Assembly: GCA_001949185.1 (NCBI GenBank)
Contig: BDGG01000003.1
Coordinates: 252,679-316,678, forward strand
Direction: 5' to 3'
DNA: 64,000 nucleotides
Origin: Ramazzottius varieornatus
Lineage: Eukaryota > Animalia > Tardigrada
Shown here: positions 1 to 13,785 of the stretch, in pieces
Layout of the letters: each line of letters starts with the position of its first letter
Position numbering within the stretch: position 1 is the first letter of the stretch
The notes under the pieces: model-generated
Databases searched by the model: none
Told to the model about the DNA's origin: nothing
The model's input: only the letters and a program-made list of their open reading frames with translations
Made by a program: the position numbers and the translations under genes

Positions 1-1327
1 GGAGCCTTCGACTGATAAAAAAACATAACCGGACTATTGGAACCAACTAATCCACTGGTGTACCAGTAAGATCCATCGCCGAGGTAAATATCTTTTAGGT
101 CGAGGCTACGTGCGCGAACTTCCCGAACTTTTCTCCGTGCACGAATTACAGCTCGACCTTTTACTCCGCGCAGGGAAGTCGACTAACTATACAAGACAAA
201 TTCACGAGCAGTTGTGTTCTACTTCTTTATGTTAGGGGAAGTTTACTGACTACACAAGAAAGAGATTCACGAGCTTCTTCATTGAGGAAGTTCCCGTATA
301 GCACCCATCGTCTGTTACTCTGTGTTGTATCCTTCTATCTGTAGTAAAAATTGAAATCGAGCGGTTCGTGTACGGAGTAAACTGTTGTGCGACAGTTCGT
401 GCACTGAGTCACTGGGTATCTTTAAGGTCCGACGACAATAAAATACTGTGGAACCTTTACTCGAGGAAAAGCTCTTTCCGAAGCGGTGATCCGGTGGTGC
501 TCTGACAGAAATCTGGGAAAAGTATGGGGACAAGTTAACAGTGCGTATTTCTAAACTCAAATCGGTGCTGGTAACGTCGATGCAGAGCGCAATGTTAACC
601 GATCTTGGTTGTTGCGTTTGATGGCAATGTTAACGTTCAAGCAATTCCTGTGGACGAACCGATAAATCCGTGCACTTCCGGTCAACGTTTTCAAGCGCAA
701 ACGTTCGTCTAGAGGAAGAACGAGCTTACCGCTTGTGTGCTTCCCCTACCCTCGAAAACGTGTTAAAAAGGTCCCAAACGGTTCGCAATTTGACCCTATA
801 TCTACGAAGTTGCCTGCCACTGACTGATATTCCAAAAAATTCGTTCTCTTGGGCACTCCTAATCCGATAACCAACATGCGAACTGAAGGCGAGCTATATG
901 CGTGTTTTGATGAGCGTATGATGGAATGATGTATCGTTCAGTTGATATCATGGCTGATCGATCATTGTGCCAAAAAGTTATTCTGGAAAGTTGATTTTGT
1001 GGTTAGTTGATATTTAAAGCTGATCAAAACGTCAGTCAGTATTCTGCCCAAACGATATTCCTCTACAGACGAATTCTTTCATCCGTCGACGCGATGGACG
1101 TCAGCAGGGCTGGTTAGAATTTAGAAGACCGATTCAAGTTTGTGAAACTGCAGGCACTTAGCACAATGATATCGACAATGAACAAAGTTTCCGTACCGAT
1201 TTCTTCAGATGCCAAATTTATCTACAGAAAGATTCTTCCAACTAAAGTTCCTCAGATCTGTTGTGTTGTCCTCCTTTAATGTCCGTGCATACTGTAGGCT
1301 CCGTTGTATAAAACTTTCGGTCATTGT

Positions 1328-4300
1328 TCACAATGCGGCGTTGCTTCGTTTGATGTTGCAGGCGTGACACAAAACGTGCCCGTCCAGAGGATAGCAGCCA
1401 TGGCCTTCCTGATCCGAATGTAACGTCAGGCCGCAGTCTTCACACTTGTAACATCTGAAAAACCGTGCCCGTTTCCATACTAAAATTTGGCGACTTGGAT
1501 AACCCTGTTCGACACTACGTACTGTGGGTGGAAGTTACGTTCCATAGAGATGACTCGAACAGCTTCCTCGGTTCCCTCTCTCGGCGCAATGGGTTGTCGA
1601 CAGACCGAACAACGTGGGGCAAACTTCCTACAACAAACGCAGGGAAGACGCGTTTTAGAAGCACTCATTCTCCCATCAATCATAGACGACGGGCTAAGTA
1701 CGGCAATCAAGAAGAGTCTTCAACGTACGCGTGAAAGTCTTTGATACAATAGATCTGGTTGGCGGCATCGACCTACAACACAGTCAAACAGTAGCCGAGT
1801 AGGTCTTTGATTACATAGCGTCTCGTGCCATGTCTTGAAAGGAAGCGAGATATCGAGTATTACAAGCCGAACGAGGCTGGCTTACGGTGAAGGGTACTCC
1901 ATCCAAGTTGGTTTCACAGCCGACACAGACAAAGCATTGAGGATGATAAGGCTTTCCGGTCGCACGAAGTATCTGCAAAGACCATCATCTGAATTTACGA
2001 TGGAAAATTCCGTAATTGCAGATGGAAAGAAATTTACGCGTTCCGAGATGGGCTTCTTGCATGACGTACACTTTTCCAGGGTATTCTGAAACGAAAATTA
2101 GATTAGGGTTATTTGAAATAAGTCTCAAAGCATGTCAGACGTCATCAGCAATATTGTGATTAAACCAACAATTTTTTAAGGTGATTGACGTGTCGTTAAT
2201 ATTATGCGGTCCGTCGATTTTCATTCCAGCGGTTCGCAAAAAGAACAGCTGTTTCCTTCAGCATTCCACCACTCGTAGAGTTACGTCACATCGAACAAAA
2301 TTAGCTCTGGTTATTTTAGGAAGTTTTCCGGTGTCATTATCCAAACGTCCTCGATGGTACGAGTACAGCACTCACCATGTAGTCGGCTTCACACACAATC
2401 TTGCCTTCAATGTTGTAGAAGCTGCCTCCACGCAATGGCTTGCCTGTAACCACAAACCAGCAAAAGTCAAAATTAGCTCAAGAGTACCAACGCCAAAAGC
2501 TTGACTTTTACGGCAGCTTGGAGTTTATTAGCTCAACATGACACCGATAATATTAAAAGTCTTTCGAGACAACGCTAGACTAAACGTGGGTTGAAGAGTA
2601 CACCGCCTTTCAATTTAACGCCGACGTCAAGGAACACTCCCTCATGAAAAACAAAATAGGAGACCTACAATCAAAACTTAGAAGAGCCTTCCCTTAAGTT
2701 ACGCACCTTCTCACTGTTGTCAACTGTCACCAGTCGCCACTTGAAAAAATCGTTCAAGATACTTTCCCAAGCGGCGCACGTTTTCAGTACTATGGGCTGG
2801 AAGAGTGAGCCACTTATAATAATGTCCTTTGCCGGCCTCCCAAATTACATCGCAATCAACAAGTAAAAGTAAGGTCGGCATAAGATGCAAGAATATTGGA
2901 GAAAAAAACCGCGAGGAAGATAGGTGGCTTACCGCACTGGTTGCAAGTGAAACAGTTGGTGTGGTAAAGTTGGTCCAGAGCTGTGCATCCTTCGTCCTCG
3001 AAGTGGACGGATCGTAAGCATTTCGTGCAGAGACCTGTCAGGAACCAAACAAAGAAAGCAATCTGCTTTCTTTACAGCTGAATTGACTTTTGTGTTTGAA
3101 GACAAAGGGGCTGGTCCGTGGCCCAGTTGTAATTCAGAAAAGTTGAATGGGAATGTTGACAGTTGGCACTTGACATTTGGAATGGGAGCACGTACCGTAC
3201 GAGTTGGGATCAAGAGGGATGTTCATTTTGGTCACCAGTAAATTGGTCAGGTTGTTCACTTCCGACTCGGTTTGGAAGACCGAATTGTCCAGCGGTTTCT
3301 TTTTGGTTCCTGATGGTGGAGAGGACACTGGACCGATCTGCGGTGTATTCCGATGGTACAAAGTCCGCAGGTCAGAAATCTTTTGAACCTTCTGGATGTT
3401 ACCATGAAGACCTACAATTAACCACTCAAATGGAATAAACTTCTAGTGCCATCTTTGGTGCCGGAAAATAACTTCATTTTGAAAATATTTTGAAACCCGA
3501 AAAGTTGCAACAATCATAACCTGGACAATCGGGTATTTCTTCGCATTCATACCAATACATATTTTCACCGATGTGCACATCACAGTGAGAAAGAATCATT
3601 CCGGAATGATCAACGAGTATTTTATGATTTTGCTCATCTTGATCGTTGCATGTTGCGGCTTTCCGGGATGGCGTGTGTCACGCAAGAAATCACTTACTGG
3701 AAACAGATTCCGGATACATGCTGCGGCGTGTGCGACGCTCCTTCTCCCATCGTTCAATGTTTCGTTCCAGGCTGTCTTCGGCGTGATGAGGCGTCGGTGA
3801 TGGCGTCCATGTATGGACATCGTAATATTCATACACCAAGCCATCCTTTTCGTCTCCTGACAGGCTCTTGCGGAACTCCTGCTTCTCTTCAGCTGTCCGC
3901 GAGTTGGACCTGCTCGTCGTGGTGGTCTTCGTGCGCATTTGCACCGATGTCGACGAACCCGAAACCATGGTTGGCTGATGATCTTGGTTAGAGCGATACA
4001 AACCTACGTAAAAAAATCAACATCAAATCTTACGCGCAACGATGTTAGAGCTCCGCCAGATAGTCATTCACGCAGCACACCGGCAACTGTTCTGAAACAG
4101 ATCGTTTTCGCAAGTGGCGCACATTTCCAGCTAATAGTAAGGAAAGAGTGCGTCGCTTATGATAACGATCTTGTTTCATTCCCGATTGGCCAACGTCCTA
4201 AATATCGTTTCGAATAAAATAATTCAGCACGGGACTTTTTCCGATTGATGGACTGTCGTTTGTCCGAAAAAGAAAGATTAACTGAAGATGGAAACCCTGA

Positions 4301-4494
4301 ACAATGGTAAAAATTCCAATATACGTACCGTTGATTGGTAATTCCGGTGGTGGGCGCTGTTCGACAGGCCGTTGGAGATAAATTGGGAAGGAGTTGGCTT
4401 GTTTGGTACGGATGATGGCAAAAGAGGCGGGTGTCGGTTCGTCGTTTACAACTGAAGAAGCGGTGGCGTTTTGACGAGTGACGGAAGGCGGCAT
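1328..4494 (-). CDS. Zyxin/LPP/TRIP6-family protein: Pro-rich N-terminus plus three C-terminal LIM domains (multi-exon)
   Basis: Spliced minus-strand exons encode LIM1 [34 protein letters not shown] (~2932-3035) + [25 protein letters not shown]2: [38 protein letters not shown]3: [77 protein letters not shown] pre-LIM motif present. Stop at 1328-1330; start at 4494 is inferred. Confidence 0.9.
2696..2815. repeat. Two tandem copies of the intronic palindrome AAGTGGCGCAC-N25-GTGCGCCACTT
   Basis: AAGTTACGCAC..AGTCGCCACTT (2696-2742, degenerate) and AAGCGGCGCAC-25-GTGAGCCACTT (2769-2815), in an LPP intron. Confidence 0.75.
4080..4192. repeat. Intronic palindromic element (core 4112-4158) with extended arms
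   Basis: CCGGCAAC..AGATCGTT..AAGTGGCGCAC-25-GTGCGTCGCTT..AACGATCTT..TTGGCC. Confidence 0.85.
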
Positions 4495-7400
4495 GATATG
4501 AATATGTGCTTATTCATCAAAGCCAGGATGGACACGCGCCAAAAGAGGAGTGTTGACATTCAAACGTTAACCACAAGCACGCGAAGAACTGCTTAGCTAT
4601 GCAGAAATCTTAACAAGGACATGCCTTTGATTTGTTGAGTAAGCGTTACGAGTGCTGTAATGTTAAAGATAGGATGGCACGTCTGGTTAAAGTAAACGAT
4701 GCCTCGAGCTCCAGCTTAATATAGTGTTGTGTATATGTCTTTTGAAATGCAAGTTAAACCAGCACGATGGCTGATTAACCCAACAATTTGCTGATTTGTT
4801 CTGCTTGCCTGTCATTTTAGAGCGCCTGTACAAATGCAGCAGACTGGAAAAAGCAACAGTCATGTGCAAATGCCACTGGCGCTACTATTTACGGATGTCG
4901 CTCTTCGCAGTTGTGTACCGTACCATGCAGAGCTCCACAGACCGACAACGAGCCGAAGACCCTACCAGGGTGGAATATCTGAAGACCCATCTGAATAGTT
5001 TCAAAGGAATATCAGCCCTCAAGATGTCCGATAACTATCACTAGCATCCAAAACTTCTGCATTTTGATCTCATGAAATAGATTGTATTTGAATGCTTCGA
5101 TTCTTTCAAGTACACGGATTAGTCAGGATGAGACAGTCTAGATCGAGATACCGGTGTGAACCATGAGCCAGTCTTGGGCTGAGAAACGCTCAAAGAAAAC
5201 ACGATTTAGGTGCTGGTACTCCCATAGAGCGACGTCTCAAGACCTGTTTTATGCGTGCTTACTGATTTTCGCTGAGCTGTTATTGAACTTGACATGATAC
5301 GCATGGCCATAATCTTCCCAATGAGTACCTCAATAGTCTCTCGTTCGACGATCACTTCCGTTTCAGCGTTGTTGTTGATCGTCCTTTCCGCTTCGGCTAC
5401 CCTCGCTAACATGCGCACAACGTTTGTTCTGGCGAACTACGAAAAAGAGAAGCCTTCGAATTCGCAGCTCGAGCTTGGTGGAGTCTTAATCAAGTCGTCC
5501 ATGAACTAAACGTGCGCAAACAATAGGCACGCTCAAATGTCAAGACGGTGGCGCCGCCGGAAGAAGCGCGTCAATAAAACAGTTGGCCGAAAGATGTCGC
5601 CAACTGTGCCCACCACAGTATATAGGCTCATTTTTAAACAGGTGCCTCAGTTTCCACTCTGACTGTATTGCCTATTCACAATGCATCCAATGCCGCCCAT
5701 TCGGTTTCAAAGGCTGGATTGATTGTTGACCACTAACTGCCACGACTGCTGGCCCCAATGCTATCTCACATTGCGCACACGCCCCAGATCTGCGGTGTTT
5801 TAGAAACAACGGTAGAAATATGTAGCATTTAGAATTTTTACTGTGGCTTAATTATGCAAAACGAACTGTACGTGCCTTACAGAAAAGGAGAAGAAACGCA
5901 GTGGGGGCAGAAGTGCGGTGGAACTTCTTCCGACCCTTTTATACAGAGCTAGAAAGGCAAGAAAACAGAACCTTCCTGCGTTTGATCTCGACCCTCATAC
6001 TGTAGATTGATTAAGATTGTGAGTTCACCGAGCAAGCGAGCGAGTCATCCATTCGTTTGCGCGAAAACCCAAGATTAACTTACGTGCGGAAAAATGAAGA
6101 AAGGTCTCAGTGGTGTTTCTGTCGCGCTTTGTCCTGAGGAAACACCGCAGTAATCCTCGCAATACGTTAACATTAACATTACCATAGCAAGAGCACAGAA
6201 TGTCTGTACGATTTAGGCGATGCAGAAAGTTTCAACCGTCGCGCGATGCTCGTACAGCAAAGCCAAGGTGGGCGAGTTGCCCACGTTCTTCTCACACTCG
6301 AGAAAAGGAAACTTACTGATATGATGTTATTGTTACTCGTATGTACAGTGCTTTCACACTGGTTGGTTGATAAGTGCAAGCGGACGGCCGTTGAGGACCA
6401 GCGGTCGTGGACAGACGTACAGCAGGTCCTTTTCGACGCAGTAGTTGCATCGGCTATGGCAGTCAGCAAGTAGAGAAATAGCATACAGGAATAAAACTTT
6501 TGCCTTGACACGTTCGCTTCGAAAGCTTAAATTAATCAGCATAGCCGAACAACCAGGTTTGCTCCGTAGCGGATTAGGTTCCGTGTTGACTTTGCAAGTA
6601 CATTACCGAGCGCCTTGTGGGCTAGCTCCTCCTCCGCATTCGCCGTTCTCGTACAGTACTCTTCAATGCCAGCGTCATCTGTGCGGGCAGCCTTTGCTCA
6701 TGGGGGTGCTTGGATCTAAGAGAAGGAACGGTTCGTAAAGGAGCCGTAAACAAAGAAGGCTTCTCTATTTCGACTCACCATGCACACAGTAGTTCCCTTC
6801 GAAAGCTTGCATGGAAGGCGGTGTGGCGGCATAGTCCCAGCCACAAATGCCTTCCGATCCGCCATTGCGGCAGGAAACGCACACGGTGTTGTTGATCGCG
6901 CACTTGACGAAGCCATCGGTCGAAGATTCTCCGATCGAGCATCGGCCCCAATGTGTCCGCTCCTGCCCAATCGAGCTTCTGGAAAATGAACCCCTTGACC
7001 GCAGATAAAAGATACCTTGTGTTCTGGTACAAATCCTCTGCAGAGAAGAAAACAACGCTGCAAGTGGAAAACATGTCCTCACAAAGATTAAGAAACCGCA
7101 AGCTGCGAGCTGGGTTCATCTGCAACATACCCAATGAACATCGGCAGGGAAAGTTGCTTTACCACATTACCAGCAATGTAAGAAAAGCCGCAATCCCACA
7201 AACGGGGAAAGAAATTGACGCAGAAGTCATGGTGGAATAGATATCGGACGAAACCTGTCAGCACCGCCGAGGAACCTCATGACAGTGCAGATACTCAAAC
7301 CGTTCGATCGCGCACTTCTTGCAGCAACAGTGGCCAATTCACCAAGGGCAATTTATTCCTTCAAAGATTACGGACCGCCATAATTCTGTTATTGCAAGTA

Positions 7401-8631
7401 GTCGCATGGAGAAAAAATTCAGGACGACGGCATGAAGCGGAAAACACAACGGCCAGAGCCGAACCTGCGTCTAACCCGATGGTCACAGACTTCGTCCATC
7501 TTAAAGACAACGCACGTTCGAAGGCGGCCGAGTGCGGTATTCTGTTGAAAGCTCTTGTATAATTATTCAACGTCATCCAAATCGGTGCGAGTATAGTCTA
7601 CGAGAGGCTGCGTTACATGGTCCTGTTCACATGGTATCATCCTATTTACTATGGCATATTTTATAACAACTCTGAGAAAAACGCATTGCTCGCCTGGTTG
7701 TATGGCGTTAGCCTGGACCACACTGTAGGCCAGTCAAGGCAATGACACGTTCAAGGGTCGCGACGGTGCCACCACCGGAAGTGTCAGTCCAAGGAAACGG
7801 GTCGCTGGCAGGTGTCGCCTTCACCTATAAGATAGTGTAAGCTCATTTTGAGCAGGCATATAGTTACACGCTCGACTACCAAGGATTGCTACAGTCCATC
7901 ATTATGTACAGATAGTTGTCGAATCTTCAGTCAGAAAACGGCGTTAAATTCAGATACCAGAGTTTGGCCAAGCAAAGTGTCCCATCTGTTTTCTCAAACT
8001 TGTTTGAAAAATCAGTGCCGATTTCTTTCGTCTAACTCTGTATAAGAAACCGGAAGCCCGTCTTCTGGGCCACAAAAGCTCTTCGGAAGTAGGTAGTTAG
8101 CGGTCTTTTGATAGTTAGCGGTCTGTTTGAGTACTCCGGAGTATATCTGGGTAGTGATCGGGGCTGATTGCAACTTTTTCGCAGTTCTAAACTCTAGTTA
8201 GATTTAGGTTGATTGATCTCGGACACGTTATAGTTTCAGTGACACTAAATCTGATTTCCCAACTTTCTGCATGAGCGGTTTGATTTAGTTACGAAAGATT
8301 AGTTTTTCAGATTTAAAATTTGCTTTGGAAAATAATGGAAAAAGACAGTCTTCGCGCCACTCTCAGTGTAAAGGCGTCGAGTTTCTGTGCCAGAACGGTA
8401 GAATTTCGGATGCTCTTGTCACATCTGATGCGTCTTGTTAGATTCTGAGAGTGGTTTTTGTCGTGGGCGACCTCACAACAGGACTGGTAGACCGTAGAAC
8501 CCCCTCAAGGGGACAAATGGAACTTGCAGACAAATTAGGACAAGTTTGCTTGACCGCACTGTAACTTCCGAAAATCAGCACTGGTATCACACGTAAATTC
8601 TAGAAAGAACGTTCCGGCATCACATGTACAT

Positions 8632-11600
8632 TCACCCTTCGATGAATAGGTTGCGCTTGTCTTCTTTGGTTTTCCCGAGCAGCCAATAGGTCGTCATTAA
8701 GCCCTTCCCTTTAATCTAGAAAACCCATCCCATGTCAGTATATGCATTAGGTACTTATTGTACCTTTTCCATCTATCTGGAACACTTGGCCATACATGCA
8801 TTTCGCCTCTGCATTCCATCTCGAAAACGTTGAAGTACCGCAAGGCGTCGTATGTACTTTGAGTTATGTGAATACGCAGTGGTTCGCCGTTTGATTCCAT
8901 CCGGGACGCCGTGTTGACAGTATCCCCGAATCTGAAACCAGCATTTGTTTATTATCGAAAACCAGCGTCCAAGAGATTCGTGGAACTTACATGCAATAAC
9001 GCGGCATTTTCGTCCCTGTGAACAACATTGAATCTTGTTGTTTCATTCGAGCGTTTGTTTATTTCTATGTGTAAAGTGCGACCTGCCTATTACACCAGCG
9101 GCGCAAGGACCGGTGTTCAGTCCAATGCGCAACCTCAGGGCGTAGTCCGGCTTGTGTGGTAGGCGAATTTGGGCAACGTCGCTGATCAGTTCCAAAGCCA
9201 TGCTACCCATCTCGTAGGAATGCCTAAGAAATACCCAGAAAACCCATCAGCTTACTCGGCACACAACCTCAAAGTTTCCGATATGAAACAAAGCATTGGT
9301 TTCAGTTTCTCTTACTTGTTTCCGTTACGTTCGGGAAGACCTGAAGCGCATAAATAAGCGTCGCCGATGGTTTCTACTTTGTACACATCGTACTGTTCGA
9401 TCCTTTTATCCATCGCTAGAAAATTATTGGAAGACTCATATCATGGTGAGAATACCTCAGACAAAATCAATGTTAAGTCTGGTAAGAAGCCTCACTTGTA
9501 TAAAGTCTGTTGAGTGTGTCGACAATCTGAAGCGGAGTCGACTGCGAACTCAAAACCGTAAACTCCACGATATCACTGAAAAATATCGTGACTTGGTCAT
9601 AGCTTTCCGGCACGACCACTTCGCGATTCTTGATCCTCTCCGCAATCTTAGGCGGCAACAATTGTTTCAACACTGCCTCCGTCCGTTTCTTCTCTTTCAT
9701 GATATCCTCGCTCTTTTCGTGTAGTATCGCCGCGAAGTTCTGAATCTGCGACGTGATGTGGGTCAGAAACCAAATGATACTCGGGAACAAAATAAGCGCC
9801 AAAGCCAACACGAAAATTTGCAGTCCGACAATCTGATTGGCATGATATATCGTCATCTCCAAATTTGCTGTTATATTGTCGGTCAGAATCTTTTCAATAT
9901 CGTGAAGGATGTTTTGGTAGCTCGTCATCAGCGCGTACCAATATCTCCCTCGCTCGAGATCCCGGTGTCCGAGGTTGTTCTGATTGACCACCTCTCGTTC
10001 GTTCGAGACGTTCTGATGTAAGGAGGTGCCATAGTATACCAACTTCAACTGATGAAGAATTTCGGGGTTGTATTGAAAGCTTCGGTTGATGAAAGCTTCA
10101 CCAGAGAACTTTTTCTCTTGATACCACAGATAAGTGGCTCGAGACATGTTACCGCGACCATACAAGATGGTACCACAAGAGCGCTCAGCGGCTGTGCCTT
10201 CTTTGCCGGTGATGAAGAGATGGTACGCTGCCAGTTGCTGCCAGCTTTGTTCGGCTGCTTTGGACTGGATAACGGCGTCCCCGATAAAGTTGAGGATGGA
10301 CGCAATGATGTTGGTGAAGAACACGAGTTGGGCTTCGGGAGTAGATTCGTTGACGGTGAGCCTGTTGATGGCGATCTGGAGTTGCAAGTCCGCTTTCTGT
10401 TGGAAAAAGTCGTCTTCGGGCTTGACCTTCGGCCATGAGTGCAGAGTTCGAAGAGCATCATCCACCATTTTCCGCCTTCGAACAGCAAAATTTGAAGACC
10501 CATCATACACTTGCCATTTTTTTGCTATCATGCATCAGTTGACTAGCGTGTCACGCAAGCAGGATAGTTCCAGAGTCACAGCATTTTTCTACAAGTTCTT
10601 CTCCCACCCTGACTACGCTTTGCTCTTGTGTGTGAGACTGGAATTTGGGCTGTTTCTTTCATGCGCAATAATTTGTCTTTCATGATGAACGTCTCGGCAA
10701 GACGATGTCGGAATGCTTTAATTGGGTTTTGTCGTATTCACGTGCACGTGGTCACGGCCCAACTATCAGTAGGTACCTTCTTGTACCGTCCGTTTGTAGT
10801 GTTTAGTATCCGTTACGTTCGACAAGGCTTACAATTAACGGGCTCCTGTGCCAGTATGTGAATAGATTATCAATTGTAAATAGGTCGTCTGCTCTGTCAA
10901 CAATCGCACCAATGAAGGTTTTCGATCAATAGAGGGATAATAGTGGTTCACCGTGAAGTATGCGGTAATCGACAGCTGGTCTTTGTTCACTCAACAGATA
11001 ATAAACTCCCTGATATGCACTCCTGTTTTTCTTTGTCACTACTCAAATCAGCCTCTTTTGTGCATCGTCACTGTACATCATCTCGCGAACTTTTCCCTCA
11101 AACCCAGAATACCGTTCTATAATTCGAGATCAACCAGTCCATTACTCCGGGAAGAGTCAGGAAGTACAGGTTGATTCAGATCAAGCCGACGGATTTTGAA
11201 GTGCTGCGAATAATTCTGCGATCCTTCCTTGTCTATTGTCAAATTTTATTTCCGGGCAGTTCAAGCTGATGAAATCTTTTCTTGAAAATCTGGGGCATAC
11301 CGGTTGATTGGGAAAAAAGCAAATTCGAAAAATTCGCAGGTACCCAGAAATCGAGGGTCGGTCTGAAACTGGAATTTGGCTCAGCTGAAACTTGTTTGCT
11401 ACTATATCAGGCTTCTAGAAGAAATTTCGCTGATGCGCTCTTCCTGAAACCATATCGTAACATAGAAGGAAAAGAAACCCGCTCACAGCTTCTCTTCTGG
11501 TGAAAGTTGTGGTTGGTACGCGCTGGTAAGCAAAAAATGAAAATATTAGTTAATCAATTTCATCTACTTCTTCGACAGTAAATCAAAAGTAATCAAAGTG

Positions 11601-13154
11601 ATTAGTTCAGACACTACGAGGTAAACGACATAATTCGGGCATATTTTTTCTCATCTTTTGCTGCGCGTAATGAACCGCTTCTTGTTTCCTGAGGTATACT
11701 GATCCCTCTCCTCGAGGTTTCAATAGGTTTGACAACGGGAAAGCGTTGTAGATTACGGGGCTTTGGCCTGGGATAGAGATGGGTCTGTCCAGTGTTAAAA
11801 AGCCTAATGTTGTATCAACATACGTACAATGAGGGATGAATCAAGCGTTGAAGGTAATGTTCAAACCTTTCGCGTTGCCCGAATTATGGTTCGAAAATCA
11901 TTATGCCCAAATTATGTCATTTACCTCGTAGTCTTCTGTGGAAAAATAGCTTGAGGCAGCCCGGTCTTATAGGTCGCCCGCCAGAAGGGTGTAGGAATGG
12001 TTAGTTCGATTGAATCACACAACAAGCATTCTGGAAGGAAAAACATCGTACTCGAAGAGAAAAATATTTCGGGACCACAAAACAAGTCTCGGATGAAACG
12101 AATTTTTTTCGTGAGGATGGGTACGGACGAATCTCGTTTCGAGCGCCCGTGGTCTCCGCGGTTAACGTTGAGTTTTGGTCGAGGACTTTTCCTTTCCCAA
12201 ATAGAATCTTCGGCTAAACGATAGCTCAGGGCATGTGTTATCATAGATAAATGCAGCGAGAAAGATACGTGCTCACTGTCAGGAACCCGAATTTTTTTCA
12301 AAAGTTGCACAAACTTGGCCGGGCGCACTGTACTCATCGCAAGATCTAAAGATGATCTATCCAACGGCTGGAATTTCGAACCACGACTCTAACGAGCAAA
12401 GTGTAAATTTGCTGCAGATCTTCAAAATCCGTTGGCTTGATCTGAATCAAATTGTACACACTATCAATCAGCCAGCTAAATAATTAACCTTGATTTCACC
12501 CAGGCCTCAAGAACTGAGAACGATGTCTCGAAAATAGATCTTTTACGTACAGCAGATCACTGTTACTTAAATGTGTTGACGAAATTGTAGCAGTCGAATG
12601 ACACATGTTTCGTACCTTGTTAGTGCAGCAGGTAGCAAAGCTTCGTTCTGCATGCTGACATAGAACGTCGTGGTTCCACGTTCTAGTCCGAGTGCGTGGA
12701 CAACTTCGCCAGCCTGTACGGCGAACTGGACTTGCGCTTTGAAACTGTCGGCAAAATTTTGCTGGAGAATGGCATCATACATAGTCTTTGCCGATAAACA
12801 CACCAGAATGATGATAGGTACCGAGGCCAGGCCAAGAACCTTGGTGAGCTGTGCTCTCCGCCCGCTTGGAGTCCGAGGATCGCCCGAACAGGCTCCCTGT
12901 AGGGCTATACCCATTTTTGACAGAGAGCTCTTACCTGTCATAATGGACATGGCGTCCGCCACTCTTCCCGAAGCCATCGAACCGCGCGGTGATACTAGGT
13001 TTGTACCGCCGTTCTTCATGATGCCGTTCGGCGTCGTGTGTAACCTGCTAGGCATGCCAACAGGGCTAGTTTGTGAAAGAACCACCGGTAGGGGTTTAGG
13101 GTAATGACTGGGGAAAAGGGAAAAAATTGAAGTCGAAGCAGGATTCGCTACCAA
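8632..13154 (-). CDS. Membrane guanylate cyclase with NIT (nitrate/nitrite-sensing) domain between two TM helices
   Basis: NIT-like motifs [10 protein letters not shown] and [11 protein letters not shown] flanked by hydrophobic segments ([15 protein letters not shown]; [18 protein letters not shown]). Signalling helix [19 protein letters not shown]. Cyclase motifs [54 protein letters not shown]. Start codon uncertain. Confidence 0.9.
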
Positions 13155-13785
13155 TGTATCACATTCGAAACCTAAACAAGTGGTACAGCGCGAAGAATAT
13201 CAAGAGACCTTTACCAGACGTTTTCGGGTTGGTGAAGGCGCAGTGCCGTTCTGCCAGACACAAGTTTTACGTGAACGATAGATGGTAAAATCGATGAGGC
13301 CTTCAGAATGGGTGGGTACAGTACCTAGGCCTATAGTACCAGAGCTGTAAAGCCTACAAAACAGATAAAACTGCGAATGCGAACTTCACTAGGTACAACA
13401 ACCGGAATCGGGCACTCTTTGATGTCGCATAATCCGGGGAGCACGAGGTACCAATTTAGGTGCCAATACAATGGGAAACTGCACAATGAAGATTGTGCTG
13501 TCTCGATCGAAGAATACGGAAAGACTGGGATGACAGATGTCTCATCTCTGTAAACATCCGAGAAAAAGACATATCAATGTAATCCAAAATTTTGCCCAAA
13601 GATGACGGTGCGTAATGTTTAATTAAGTAACCAGTTAATTACTCAGTCGAATAACAAGGAAATTCCGTTGGAGGTCAGACATCGGAAATTCGGAACTGAC
13701 AAAGTGGGCTGTGGCACAGGCTCGCAAAACTGATTTTTTTTTACGGTAAATAATATCATGTGAGGATGGGTTATCGCGGGGTTTG

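Noticed and set aside
1-1300. Short ORFs at the window start
   Set aside because: No recognisable motifs or consistent exon structure; probably intergenic or LPP 3' UTR.
4900-7600. Cluster of overlapping ORFs with some splice-like signals
   Set aside because: No frame gives a recognisable protein and stops interrupt candidate exons; may be a decayed gene but cannot be supported.
10045-10685. Antisense and alternate-frame ORFs over guanylate cyclase exon 2 (and similar ORFs over other genes)
   Set aside because: Shadow ORFs of real coding exons.
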